Positions 28,411 to 36,951 of a DNA stretch of 64,000 nucleotides are shown one piece after another. Position 1 is the stretch's first letter. Each line of letters begins with the position of its first letter. Location: the NCBI RefSeq assembly GCF_046295595.1, contig NZ_JBKBMX010000012.1:22164-86163 (forward strand), read 5' to 3'. The notes below the pieces were generated by a model that saw only the letters and a list, made by a program, of their open reading frames with translations, was not told the origin of the DNA and did no database searches. The translations under genes were made by a program, and so were the position numbers. Origin of the DNA: Brevundimonas sp. GTDB taxonomy: Bacteria > Pseudomonadota > Alphaproteobacteria > Caulobacterales > Caulobacteraceae.

Positions 28411-28435
28411 GGAACGTCCCGCAAGCGGGACCGTT
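28411..28435 (+). promoter_or_regulatory. EcfG/sigmaT promoter
   Basis: GGAAC (28411-15), N16, CGTT (28432-35), 8 nt before ATG 28444. Confidence 0.75.
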
Positions 28436-28443
28436 TCGGGCCG

Positions 28444-29193
28444 ATGACCTCCGATCAACTTGTCGCCTTCGCCCGCCGCGCGTTGCGCATCGCCCGCGCT
28501 GAAATCGCCGCCGTCAGCGCGCTGTTCATCGTCGCCCTGGGGGTGATGATCTTCGTCGAACTGGCCGACGACATGACCGAGGCCGACGGCCGGGCCTTCG
28601 ACCAGTCGGTGCTGGACGCGCTGCGGCCCGGAGCCATGATTGATCCCTGGGGACCGGGCTGGCTGGAAGAGGCGGCCATGGATCTGACGGCGCTGGGCGG
28701 GATCGCCGTGCTGGGGCTGTTCGCCCTGGTGACGATCGGTTTCCTGTTCATGCAGCGCAAACGGCTGTCGGCCCTGTTGCTGGTCGTCGGCCTGGCCGGC
28801 GGGGTGGCGCTGAGCGAGGGGCTGAAGGCGGTGTTCGGGCGGGAACGGCCGCCCGAGGCGCTGCAGGCGGTCGAGACGCTGAACGCCAGCTTCCCCTCGG
28901 GCCACAGCCTGCTGTCGGCGGTCTTCTATCTGAGCATCGGGGTGATGCTGACCCGGGCGTTCCCGGAGCGGCATTTCAAGGCCTATGTCATGGGGGTGGC
29001 GGTGCTGCTGACCCTGATCGTCGGACTGACGCGGGTCTATCTGGCGGCGCACTGGGCGACCGACGTGCTGGCCGGATGGAGCGTCGGCGCGGCCTGGGCC
29101 ATGGCGCTGTGGCTGGTCGCCTATGCGGTGCAGCGTCGCCAGTCGTCGCGGCCGCAGGAGCCGCATGTGTTGCCGGTGGATGAGGAGGGATGA
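28444..29193 (+). CDS. PAP2-family membrane phosphatase
   Basis: KAVFGRERP, SFPSGHS, TRVYLAAHWATDVLAGW: the three PAP2 motifs. Confidence 0.9.
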   Translation: MTSDQLVAFARRALRIARAEIAAVSALFIVALGVMIFVELADDMTEADGRAFDQSVLDALRPGAMIDPWGPGWLEEAAMDLTALGGIAVLGLFALVTIGFLFMQRKRLSALLLVVGLAGGVALSEGLKAVFGRERPPEALQAVETLNASFPSGHSLLSAVFYLSIGVMLTRAFPERHFKAYVMGVAVLLTLIVGLTRVYLAAHWATDVLAGWSVGAAWAMALWLVAYAVQRRQSSRPQEPHVLPVDEEG

Positions 29194-29303
29194 GGGATTA
29201 GGGATGAGGGATGAGGGATTAGGTGGGGCGGGGTGACGAGAGGGACGGCGATGCTCCTGAGCATGCCCGGCGGCCAAGCCTCTCATCCCTCATCCCTCAT
29301 CCC
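29185..29303. repeat. Inverted heptamer array pair, copy 1
   Basis: Five G-rich units (GAGGGAT/TAGGGAT, 29185-29219) and three TCATCCC units (29283-29303) between convergent genes. Confidence 0.9.
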
Positions 29304-29308
29304 TGCCC

Positions 29309-29734
29309 TTACCCCGCCCCGAACTCCAGGTCCTTCCGCGCCGAGATGATGGTGACGATGAAGCCGGCGAGGACGTCGAGCATGACCATGGTGACGATCA
29401 GGAAGAAGGTCGAGGTGGCGAATCCCTTGATCAGCAGGAACTCGACCAGGCAGACCACGAACAGGATCATCGACAGGGCGTGATTGACGATGGCGACCTT
29501 CTGGCTGGAGGTCGATTTCAGCAGTTCGAAGAACAGCAGGATCAGGGCGAGGAACAGGATCATGTCGCCGACGCCGACGCTCCAGCCCGCTCCCGAGGCC
29601 ATGGGGATGGTGAACAGGATGTCGCGCAGGCCGCTGTCCGTGCCGACGACGCCGGACGCGCCCATCAGGCCGGTCAGGACGACGATATTGTACAGCACCA
29701 CCGGGATCACGAGCAGCGGCAGGGCGATCAGCAT
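29309..29734 (-). CDS. Conserved small membrane protein (3-4 TM)
   Basis: Hydrophobic throughout; LFFELLKSTSS, NHALSMILF, STFFLI, DVLAGF; GGAG RBS. Confidence 0.8.
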   Translation of the reverse strand: MLIALPLLVIPVVLYNIVVLTGLMGASGVVGTDSGLRDILFTIPMASGAGWSVGVGDMILFLALILLFFELLKSTSSQKVAIVNHALSMILFVVCLVEFLLIKGFATSTFFLIVTMVMLDVLAGFIVTIISARKDLEFGAG

Positions 29735-29843
29735 GGCTGGAGCTCCATCTTCAGGGGCGCGGACGGGCCGGTACGGCCGCGCTTGTTAACCCTGAATAGC
29801 GCCGATTGCGCCGCGCCGCCATGGTCGTGGCCCGGGGCCCGCG

Positions 29844-30572
29844 TCAGAGCTCGGTGACCGTCCCCGGCCGGCGCGAGCGCGACTTCAGCCACATCACGCC
29901 CAGCAGGTCCGACAGGGAGGCGACCAGCCGGCCCCAGTTGGTGTATTTCGACCGCCCGGTCTCGCGGTGTCGGTGATCGACCTCGAGATAGCGGTTCTCA
30001 TAGCCCTCGCGGATCATCAGCGCCGGCAGGTAGCGGTGCAGGTGATCGAAATAGGGCAGGCGCAGGAAGACGTCGCGGCGGAAGGCCTTGAGGCCGCAGC
30101 CCGTGTCGTCGGCGTCGTCGGCCAGCAGCCGCTTGCGGATGCGGTTGGCCCACAGCGAGGCCTGGCGCTTGGCCCCGGAGTCCTGGCGTTTGGCGCGCAC
30201 CCCGCCGACGAGGGCGACATTCGGCGGCGAGGCGATCAGCAGGTCGACGAGGCGGGGCGCGTCGGCCGGTGGGTTCTGGCCGTCGCCGTCGAGGGTGACG
30301 ACGATCGGGGCGCGGGCGGCCAGCACCCCGGTTCGCACGGCGCGGCTCTGGCCGGCGTTGGCGCCGTGGCTGAGCACGCGCAGGGCCGGCAGCTCGGCCA
30401 TCAGGGCGCGCAGCTCGGCCAGGGTGGCGTCCTTCGAGGCGTCGTCGACGAAGACCATTTCATAGGACCGGCCCGCGAAGGCGGCGGCGATGTCGCGGGC
30501 CAGGGGGCCGGCGGCGCCTTCCTCGTCATGCACGGGAACGACGACGGAGATGTCGGGGGTCGCTTCGATCAT
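29844..30572 (-). CDS. Family 2 glycosyltransferase (polyprenol-phosphate glycosyltransferase, ArnC/DPM-like)
   Basis: ISVVVPVHDE, FVDDASKD, GQSRA, TLDGDGQNPP, DTGCGLKAFRR, VDHRHRETGRSKY. Confidence 0.88.
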   Translation of the reverse strand: MIEATPDISVVVPVHDEEGAAGPLARDIAAAFAGRSYEMVFVDDASKDATLAELRALMAELPALRVLSHGANAGQSRAVRTGVLAARAPIVVTLDGDGQNPPADAPRLVDLLIASPPNVALVGGVRAKRQDSGAKRQASLWANRIRKRLLADDADDTGCGLKAFRRDVFLRLPYFDHLHRYLPALMIREGYENRYLEVDHRHRETGRSKYTNWGRLVASLSDLLGVMWLKSRSRRPGTVTEL

Positions 30573-30672
30573 GCCGTCCTGTAGCGGGTTTCGCGACCGG
30601 GCGGGAGGCCCGCGCGGGGCGCGATGGAGGGGGCTATGACGCGGCGTGAAACGGCGTGATAGGAATGCGGCC

Positions 30673-32346
30673 ATGATGCGCCCCGATCTCGACCGATTCA
30701 TCGCCGGCTGGCGCGGACCGCTGCTGGCGGCCCTGGTGGCCCTGTTCGCCGGCCTGCCGGTGCTGATGCTGATGCCGCCGCTGGACCGCGACGAGAGCCG
30801 CTACGCCCAGGCCACGTCTCAGATGCTGGAGAGCGGCGACTATGTCGACATCCGCTTCCAGGACGATCCGCGCTGGAAGAAGCCGGTCGGCATCTACTGG
30901 ATGCAGGCGGCGGCGGTGGCCGCGACCTCCAGCGTCGAGAACCGCGACATCCAGCCGTACCGCCTCCCCTCGCTGCTGGGGGCCATGCTGGCGGCGGCGG
31001 CCTGCGCCTGGGCCGGGGCGGCGATGTTCGGCCAGAGGGCCGGATTCCTCGCCGGGGCCATGCTGGGGGCGACCTTCCTGCTGTCGACCGAGGCGGGCAT
31101 CGCCAAGACCGACGCCATGCTGTGCGCGGCGGTGACCATCGCCATGGCCGGGCTGGCGCGGATCTATCTGGCGACGCGGGCCGGGGAGAAACCGCGACGG
31201 CCGCACAAGCTGATGTTCTGGCTGGGCATCGGCCTGTCGATCCTGATCAAGGGGCCGATCGGCCTGATCGTGGTGGTTCCGGCCATACTGCTGCTGTCGC
31301 TGTGGGACCGCGACGTCAAATGGCTGGCGCGGCTGGGCTGGGGCTGGGGCCTGCCGCTGGTGGCCCTGATCGTCGGACCGTGGGCCATCGCCATCACCAT
31401 CGCCACCGACGGCGGTTTCTGGCGCGAGGCCATCATCGGCGACCTGGCCCCCAAGATCGCCGGCGGCCACGAGAGCCATGGCGCGCCTCCGGGCTATTAT
31501 CTGATCGGCGTGCTGCTGATGTTCTTCCCGCTGACCCTGATGCTGCCGGCGGCGGTGTCGACGGGCTGGAGCCGGCGGGCCGAGCCGGCGGTGCGGTTTC
31601 TCGTCTGCTGGCTGGTTCCGGCTTGGCTGATCTTCGAGCTGACGCCGACCAAGCTGGCCCACTACACCCTGCCGACCTATGGGGCCCTGGCCCTGCTGGC
31701 GGCGGCGGCGCTGACGCGGCCGATCGGGCCGGTCTCGCGTTATACAGGCGCCGGGCTGGCGCTGTTCGGCGGGCTGGTGATCGTGCTGCTGACCGTCTTC
31801 GGCCTGACCGAATACGGGCGGTCGACAGCCCAGACCTGGGCGACCATCACCATCGTCTTCGCGGCCCTGGCGGCGCTGATCGGGGCCTTCCTGCTGGTCC
31901 AGCGGGCGCCGACGGCGGCGGTGATCGTCTCCATCGCCCTGGGGCTGGTGGCCCATGCCGGACTGGCCGGGACGCTGCGCCAGCTGCGCCCGCTGGCCGT
32001 GGCGCCGCAGCTGCAGAAGGTGCTGGAGCAGGCCGACCTGCATCCGCGGCAGGGGCGGCCGGGACCGGTGGCGATCACCGGCTTCCATGAGCCGAGCTTC
32101 GTCTTCCTGACCGGGCGCGAGACCGAGCTGACCGACGCCGCCGGGGCGGCGCGGGCGCTGGCCGAGGGCCGGCCCGTGATCGTCGAGGCGCGCGACGCCG
32201 ACGCCTTCAGCGCCGCCTCGGCCGAGCTGGGGGTGACCGGCCGGGCCGTCGGGGTGGTCAATGGCCACAACTATTCGCGCGGCGACGACGTCAGCCTGAC
32301 GGTCTATGCGCCGTCGGGGAGCGCGGCCGCCGGAGCCCGACCGTGA
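30673..32346 (+). CDS. ArnT/PMT-like GT39 (GT-C) glycosyltransferase
   Basis: PPLDRDESRYAQAT, RWKKPVGIYW, ILIKGP, TKLAHYTLP; multi-TM. Confidence 0.88.
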   Translation: MMRPDLDRFIAGWRGPLLAALVALFAGLPVLMLMPPLDRDESRYAQATSQMLESGDYVDIRFQDDPRWKKPVGIYWMQAAAVAATSSVENRDIQPYRLPSLLGAMLAAAACAWAGAAMFGQRAGFLAGAMLGATFLLSTEAGIAKTDAMLCAAVTIAMAGLARIYLATRAGEKPRRPHKLMFWLGIGLSILIKGPIGLIVVVPAILLLSLWDRDVKWLARLGWGWGLPLVALIVGPWAIAITIATDGGFWREAIIGDLAPKIAGGHESHGAPPGYYLIGVLLMFFPLTLMLPAAVSTGWSRRAEPAVRFLVCWLVPAWLIFELTPTKLAHYTLPTYGALALLAAAALTRPIGPVSRYTGAGLALFGGLVIVLLTVFGLTEYGRSTAQTWATITIVFAALAALIGAFLLVQRAPTAAVIVSIALGLVAHAGLAGTLRQLRPLAVAPQLQKVLEQADLHPRQGRPGPVAITGFHEPSFVFLTGRETELTDAAGAARALAEGRPVIVEARDADAFSAASAELGVTGRAVGVVNGHNYSRGDDVSLTVYAPSGSAAAGARP

Positions 32347-33260
32347 GGCGGGCGATTACCATCGTCGAGGTCGGGCCGCGCGACGGGCTGCAGAACGAGA
32401 AGGCGGTGCTCGAACCCGCCGTCCGCGCCGATCTGGTGCAAAGGCTGGAGGCGGCGGGGGCGCGGCGCATCGAGGCGGTCAGCTTCGTCCATCCCAAATA
32501 CGTGCCGCAGATGGCCGGGGCCGAAGAGGTCATGGCCGCCCTGCCCCATCAGGCCGGACGCAGCCGCATCGGCCTGGTGCTGAACGGCAAGGGCTACGAC
32601 CGGGCGCTGGGGACCAGTGTCGACGAGGTCAATGTGGCGATGTCGGCGACCGACGGCTTCGGGCTGAAGAACCAGGGCATGGGCGTCGACCAGCAGGTGT
32701 CGATGCTGTCGGACATCCTGACGGGGCGGGCGAACTCGGAGGGCGGCGCGGGGGCCGGGCCGGCGCTGTCGGCGACCCTGTCGTGCGTCTGGGGCTGTCC
32801 GTTCGACGGCGAGGTGTCCGACGACCAGGTCGCCGATCTGGTCGGACGGATCGCGGCGCTGGGGGTGAAGGAGATCGCCCTGGCCGACACCATCGGGGTC
32901 GGCGATCCGTGGAGCGTGACACGCAAGGTCGAGGCGGCGCGCAAGGCGGCGCCCGAGGCGGCGCTGCGGCTGCATTTCCACGACACGCGCAACACCGGGC
33001 TGGCGAATGCGTACGCCGGCGTCGAGGCGGGGGTCGACGTGCTGGACGCCTCGGTCGGCGGCATCGGCGGCTGTCCGTTCGCGCCGGGAGCCACCGGCAA
33101 TATCGCCACCGAGGACCTGGTCTATATGCTGGAGCGGGCCGGGTTTTCGACCGGCTATGACCTCGACGCCCTGATCGACACGGCCCGCTGGATCGGCGGC
33201 CTGATCGGCCGCCCGGCCCCGAGCGCCCTGAGCCGGGCGGGGGGATGGCCGAGGGGCTGA
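32343..33260 (+). CDS. hmgL: Hydroxymethylglutaryl-CoA lyase
   Basis: EVGPRDGLQNE, LADTIG, LHFHDTR, GGIGGCPFAPGATGNIATED. Confidence 0.92.
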   Translation: MRRAITIVEVGPRDGLQNEKAVLEPAVRADLVQRLEAAGARRIEAVSFVHPKYVPQMAGAEEVMAALPHQAGRSRIGLVLNGKGYDRALGTSVDEVNVAMSATDGFGLKNQGMGVDQQVSMLSDILTGRANSEGGAGAGPALSATLSCVWGCPFDGEVSDDQVADLVGRIAALGVKEIALADTIGVGDPWSVTRKVEAARKAAPEAALRLHFHDTRNTGLANAYAGVEAGVDVLDASVGGIGGCPFAPGATGNIATEDLVYMLERAGFSTGYDLDALIDTARWIGGLIGRPAPSALSRAGGWPRG

Positions 33261-33339
33261 GCCGGCCGCCGAGATCCCGGGCCTCGACCTTGCCTTGATC
33301 CCCTCGTTGGTCTGATCTGGTGTCAACGGAGGATCGACC

Positions 33340-34614
33340 ATGCTGACCAGACGACGTTTCGGCGCCCTGTGCGCGGCGGTTCCCGCGATCGGTCTGGCCG
33401 GCGGCGTCCGCGCTCAGGTCCCGCTGGGCGTGGTCCAGCGGCTGGAGGTCGAGGGCCGGTATCTGCCGCAGTACCTCGATCTGAAGGCTAGGGCGGCGGC
33501 CGGCGAGGAGGCGGCGCGCTGGCAACTGAGCCAGTATGCGTCCTTCCTCGGCGACGAGGAGACCGCGATCGGCTCGGTGGCGCGGCCCCGTCGGCCGGAC
33601 GCGGCCCTGCCCGACCTGAGCGACGCCTCCGCGTCCGATGCGCTGGACGCTATCGCTGAAGCGGCCGCCGGCCGACGCATTGTCATCCTGAACGAAGCCC
33701 ACAACCACTCGCGCCATCGGGCCTTCGCCGCCCGGGTGATGCGTCGGCTGCGCCCGATGGGGTTCGACTGGTTCGCCGCGGAGGCCTTTGCACCGCTCCA
33801 GCCCGCGCCCGCGCCCCGGATCGGCGACTACCGGCCGGGCATGCCCTTCCTGCGGACCTACGGCTACTATTCGCGCGACCCCGTCCTCGCCGAAACGGTG
33901 CGGGAAGCCGCCCGGCTCGGCTATCGCTTCGCCGATTACGAGTTCCGCCACGATCAGCGCGGACCGGACGGGATCGACATGGACGCGCGAACGGCCCTGC
34001 GCGAGGAGGCCCAGGCGGAGAATCTGATCGCCAATGTTCTCGCCCCGCATCCCGAGGCGCGGGTGTTCGTCTATTGCGGCTACAGCCACCTGATGGAGGC
34101 CCCGACCGATCATGGCGAATGGTTCGCCTCCCGACTGAAACGCAAGACCGGGATCGACCCGCTGACGATCGAGCAGGCCTATTGCGCGCCCGGACTGCGC
34201 CCCGAGGACGACGAACCCCACGTCGCCGCGGTGCAGGCCGCCTTCGCGCCGGATCGGCCGATCATCGTCCGACGCGCGGACGGTTCCGTTGTCGGCATGC
34301 CCCTGACCGAGCCGCAGACCGACCTGTCCGTGTTTCATCCGCGGCTGGACTCCGTCCGTGGCCGTCCTGAGTGGCTGACCGCCGATCCGGCGCGGCGGCT
34401 GGTCGAGGTGGATGTGCCGGCGTTCGAGGGGCCCGGCCTGCTTCAGGCCCTGTGGCGGAGCGAAGGAGCCGCAGGCGTTCCGGCCGACCAGTTCCTGCTG
34501 ACGCCCGGCCAGTCGCGGGCGACACTGGCGCTGCACCCCGGCCGCTATGTCCTGCGGCTGGAGCGGCCGGACGGGTTCGATTCCGCCTATGGGGAGATCG
34601 AGGTCGCCGCCTGA
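33340..34614 (+). CDS. Tat-exported protein with ChaN/EreA-like domain
   Basis: TRRRF twin-Arg signal; VILNEAH, FAAEAF, VYCGYSHL; GGAGG RBS. The fold call is from motif resemblance only. Confidence 0.65.
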   Translation: MLTRRRFGALCAAVPAIGLAGGVRAQVPLGVVQRLEVEGRYLPQYLDLKARAAAGEEAARWQLSQYASFLGDEETAIGSVARPRRPDAALPDLSDASASDALDAIAEAAAGRRIVILNEAHNHSRHRAFAARVMRRLRPMGFDWFAAEAFAPLQPAPAPRIGDYRPGMPFLRTYGYYSRDPVLAETVREAARLGYRFADYEFRHDQRGPDGIDMDARTALREEAQAENLIANVLAPHPEARVFVYCGYSHLMEAPTDHGEWFASRLKRKTGIDPLTIEQAYCAPGLRPEDDEPHVAAVQAAFAPDRPIIVRRADGSVVGMPLTEPQTDLSVFHPRLDSVRGRPEWLTADPARRLVEVDVPAFEGPGLLQALWRSEGAAGVPADQFLLTPGQSRATLALHPGRYVLRLERPDGFDSAYGEIEVAA

Positions 34615-34636
34615 GCCGGTTCCGCCGATCGGCCTC

Positions 34637-35011
34637 TCAGGCCGGCCTCGCCCGGCCCCGCAGCCAGAAGCCGTAGCCGAACGTCACGGCCATCCCGAGG
34701 ATGATCGCGCCGCAGCCGCCGATCAGCGCGACCTGGAAGGGGGCGAAGGCCCACAGGGCGGCGTAGACGAGGCCGCTGAGGGCCATGGACCAGCCGGCGA
34801 CCCGCCGCGCCTCACGGCCGCAGGCGCTGGGCACAAAGGTCTTGGGCAGGCGGTTGCCCTGCCAGGCGATCATAAGTCCGGTCGCGCCCAGCACGATCCG
34901 GTTGACCATGTCCGCGTCGATATAGCCCTCGCGGCGGGCGAAGCTGTCGGCGAGGGCGAGGGCGACGATGCCGCCGCCCCAGGCGAGATTGCCGATCAGA
35001 TCCCGGTTCAT
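34637..35011 (-). CDS. SdpI-like small membrane protein
   Basis: GNRLPK motif and 4 hydrophobic segments; coupled to the upstream SdpR-like gene. Confidence 0.6.
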   Translation of the reverse strand: MNRDLIGNLAWGGGIVALALADSFARREGYIDADMVNRIVLGATGLMIAWQGNRLPKTFVPSACGREARRVAGWSMALSGLVYAALWAFAPFQVALIGGCGAIILGMAVTFGYGFWLRGRARPA

Positions 35012-35310
35012 TTGGCTGTCTCCTTGCTGGGTCCGGCCTCGGGCGTCTCCGCGCCGAGGCCGACGGAATGGACGAAGCCCAGCAGCGCGTCCTCGAGCAC
35101 CGTGAGCTTCAGGTGATAGATGACCGACTTTCCGGCCTTTTCGGCGTGGACGAGGTCGGCCTCCTTCAGCACCGCGAAATGCGCCGACATGGTCGGCTTC
35201 GAGACGTCGAAGCGGTCGCTGAGCTCGCCCGCGCTCAGGGGGCCCGCGCGCAGCAGCTGAAGCACGCGGCGGCGGGTCGGGTCGGAAAGGGCTTTGAAGA
35301 CCGAGCTCAC
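35008..35310 (-). CDS. ArsR/SmtB family autorepressor (SdpR-like)
   Basis: SVFKALSDPTRRRVLQLL...AGELSDRFDVSKPTMSAHFAVLKEADLV. Confidence 0.9.
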   Translation of the reverse strand: MSSVFKALSDPTRRRVLQLLRAGPLSAGELSDRFDVSKPTMSAHFAVLKEADLVHAEKAGKSVIYHLKLTVLEDALLGFVHSVGLGAETPEAGPSKETAK

Positions 35311-35318
35311 AGTGTGAT

Positions 35319-35330
35319 GATTAGCTAATC
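35319..35330. promoter_or_regulatory. Palindrome GATTAGCTAATC, candidate operator/-10 of SdpR-like gene
   Basis: Perfect 12-bp palindrome 9 nt upstream of the GTG start, with TTGACT upstream on the minus strand and no RBS (likely leaderless). Confidence 0.5.
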
Positions 35331-35465
35331 GTCGAAATGAGTCAAGCGAAGATGTCGCGGGGCCGTCGCGGCGCCGTTTTCAGCGTTTGCTCAGGGTTTG
35401 CTCATGCCGCTCACCCGGCCGGCGGCGCAGGTTGGGGCCTCACGCAATCATCGAGGCAGGGCGAA

Positions 35466-36059
35466 ATGACGGGTAATCTGGCGACCACCGGGACGGGACT
35501 GGACCGGATGTTGAGGACGCTGTTCTGGGGCGGGGCGGCCGCGCTGTGGCTGGCGCCGTTGGCGGCGCAGCAGTTTGTCGACGGCATGGACTGGAGCGTG
35601 TTGGACTTCGTCATCTGGGGCGTGATGCTGCTGATCGCCGCGGGGGTCTGCGAACTGGCGCTGCGGGCGACCGGCGACCTCGCCTACCGGGCCGGGGTGG
35701 TGGTCGCGGTCGGGGCGGGCTTCCTGCTGGTCTGGGTCAATCTGGCGGTCGGGATCATCGGCGGCGAGGACGATCCGGCCAATCTGATGTTCTTCGGCAT
35801 CCTCGCCGCCGGCGTCATCGGCGGCTTAGCGGCGGACTTCCGGGCGCGCGGGATGGCGCGGGCGCTGCTGGCCATGGCGGTGCTGCAGGGCCTCGCCGGC
35901 GCGGCGGCCCTGGCCGCCGGCTGGGGCGCGGGCAGCGAGAACTGGCCGCAGGTCATCTATGTCATGACCGGCTTCTTCGGCGGGCTGTGGCTGTTGTCGG
36001 CCTGGCTGTTCCGCAAGGCGGCGCGCCATCCGGCGGCGGTGAAGGGGGCGGACCGGTGA
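35466..36059 (+). CDS. Hypothetical multi-TM membrane protein
   Basis: ATG 35466; DWSVLDFV, VWVNLAVGIIG, PANLMFFG; about 6 TM. Confidence 0.8.
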   Translation: MTGNLATTGTGLDRMLRTLFWGGAAALWLAPLAAQQFVDGMDWSVLDFVIWGVMLLIAAGVCELALRATGDLAYRAGVVVAVGAGFLLVWVNLAVGIIGGEDDPANLMFFGILAAGVIGGLAADFRARGMARALLAMAVLQGLAGAAALAAGWGAGSENWPQVIYVMTGFFGGLWLLSAWLFRKAARHPAAVKGADR

Positions 36060-36376
36060 TGGCGGCGGCCGGAAGGGATCGGGTAGCGCTGACCCGCAGC
36101 CAGCTGGTCGAGGAGCCGCTGGGCGGCCGGACCTGGCGCGGAGCCCTGACCAACCTCGGCGACCGGCTGTACACCGGGCTGACGGTGGAAATCCGCTTCG
36201 TCGATCGTGACGGCCGGGCGGCGGGCGGTCTGAGCGGGCGAGCCGAGCGGCTGGCCCCGGGCTCCGGGCTGGAGCTGCAATCGCGGCTGCGGGCCGGGGC
36301 GGCGGGGTTGCGGATCGGGACGCTGCGGTGGGCGGCGGAGGGGGAGCGGGGGGAGACGGACCCATGGGAGGTTTAG
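36059..36376 (+). CDS. Hypothetical protein, FxLYD-like beta domain
   Basis: Overlaps the upstream stop (GTGATG); WRGALTNLGDRLYTGLTVEIRFVDRDG. Confidence 0.55.
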   Translation: MAAAGRDRVALTRSQLVEEPLGGRTWRGALTNLGDRLYTGLTVEIRFVDRDGRAAGGLSGRAERLAPGSGLELQSRLRAGAAGLRIGTLRWAAEGERGETDPWEV

Positions 36377-36389
36377 GGTCGGGCGCCGC

Positions 36390-36899
36390 ATGGCTCGCGC
36401 TGCCATGAGATGGAATTCAATCCTCAAAACGACGGCGATATTCGCTGCTGCAGGCCCTCTTGTTGGACTGCTCCTGATCGGGGGGCTGCCGATCCTGTGG
36501 CTGTCTTTGATGCTCGGCGGCATACCCGTTCTGGCGGCGTACGTACTTGGGCTGGGTCCCGCCATCTTCACGGGGTTGCTTGTCGCGATCCAGGCTCGGA
36601 CGCGCAACGTCTGGCTCTACTGGCTCACGGCTGTGGGTTCAGGGGCTCTGACCTCTGCTGCGTTCGCTATCGTGGTATGGGGAGCCCCAGAGGCTGCTTT
36701 ACGTATTGCTTGCATCGGCACCGGGGCAGCCTTCGTCTGCGCGCTGATCGCTATGGGTCCAGCAGGGCTCGGGCCTGCAATCCCGCCACAAGTGGCGGCG
36801 ATGACGCGAGGCTGGGACGCTTCGGCCGGCTTTTTCGCCGCCTTCGGCGCCGTCTACGTTTTCCTGGCTTGCCGCCTGGGCTTGATGATTTTTAGCTAG
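36390..36899 (+). CDS. Hypothetical membrane protein with atypical codon usage
   Basis: About 5 TM; many A/T-ending codons (GCT, CTT, GTA, TTA) compared with neighbours. Confidence 0.6.
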   Translation: MARAAMRWNSILKTTAIFAAAGPLVGLLLIGGLPILWLSLMLGGIPVLAAYVLGLGPAIFTGLLVAIQARTRNVWLYWLTAVGSGALTSAAFAIVVWGAPEAALRIACIGTGAAFVCALIAMGPAGLGPAIPPQVAAMTRGWDASAGFFAAFGAVYVFLACRLGLMIFS

Positions 36900-36951
36900 G
36901 TTCCAGGGCCCTCCTCCCGTTGCGGTCGTACACTCCGCCCCGTCCGGCCCC

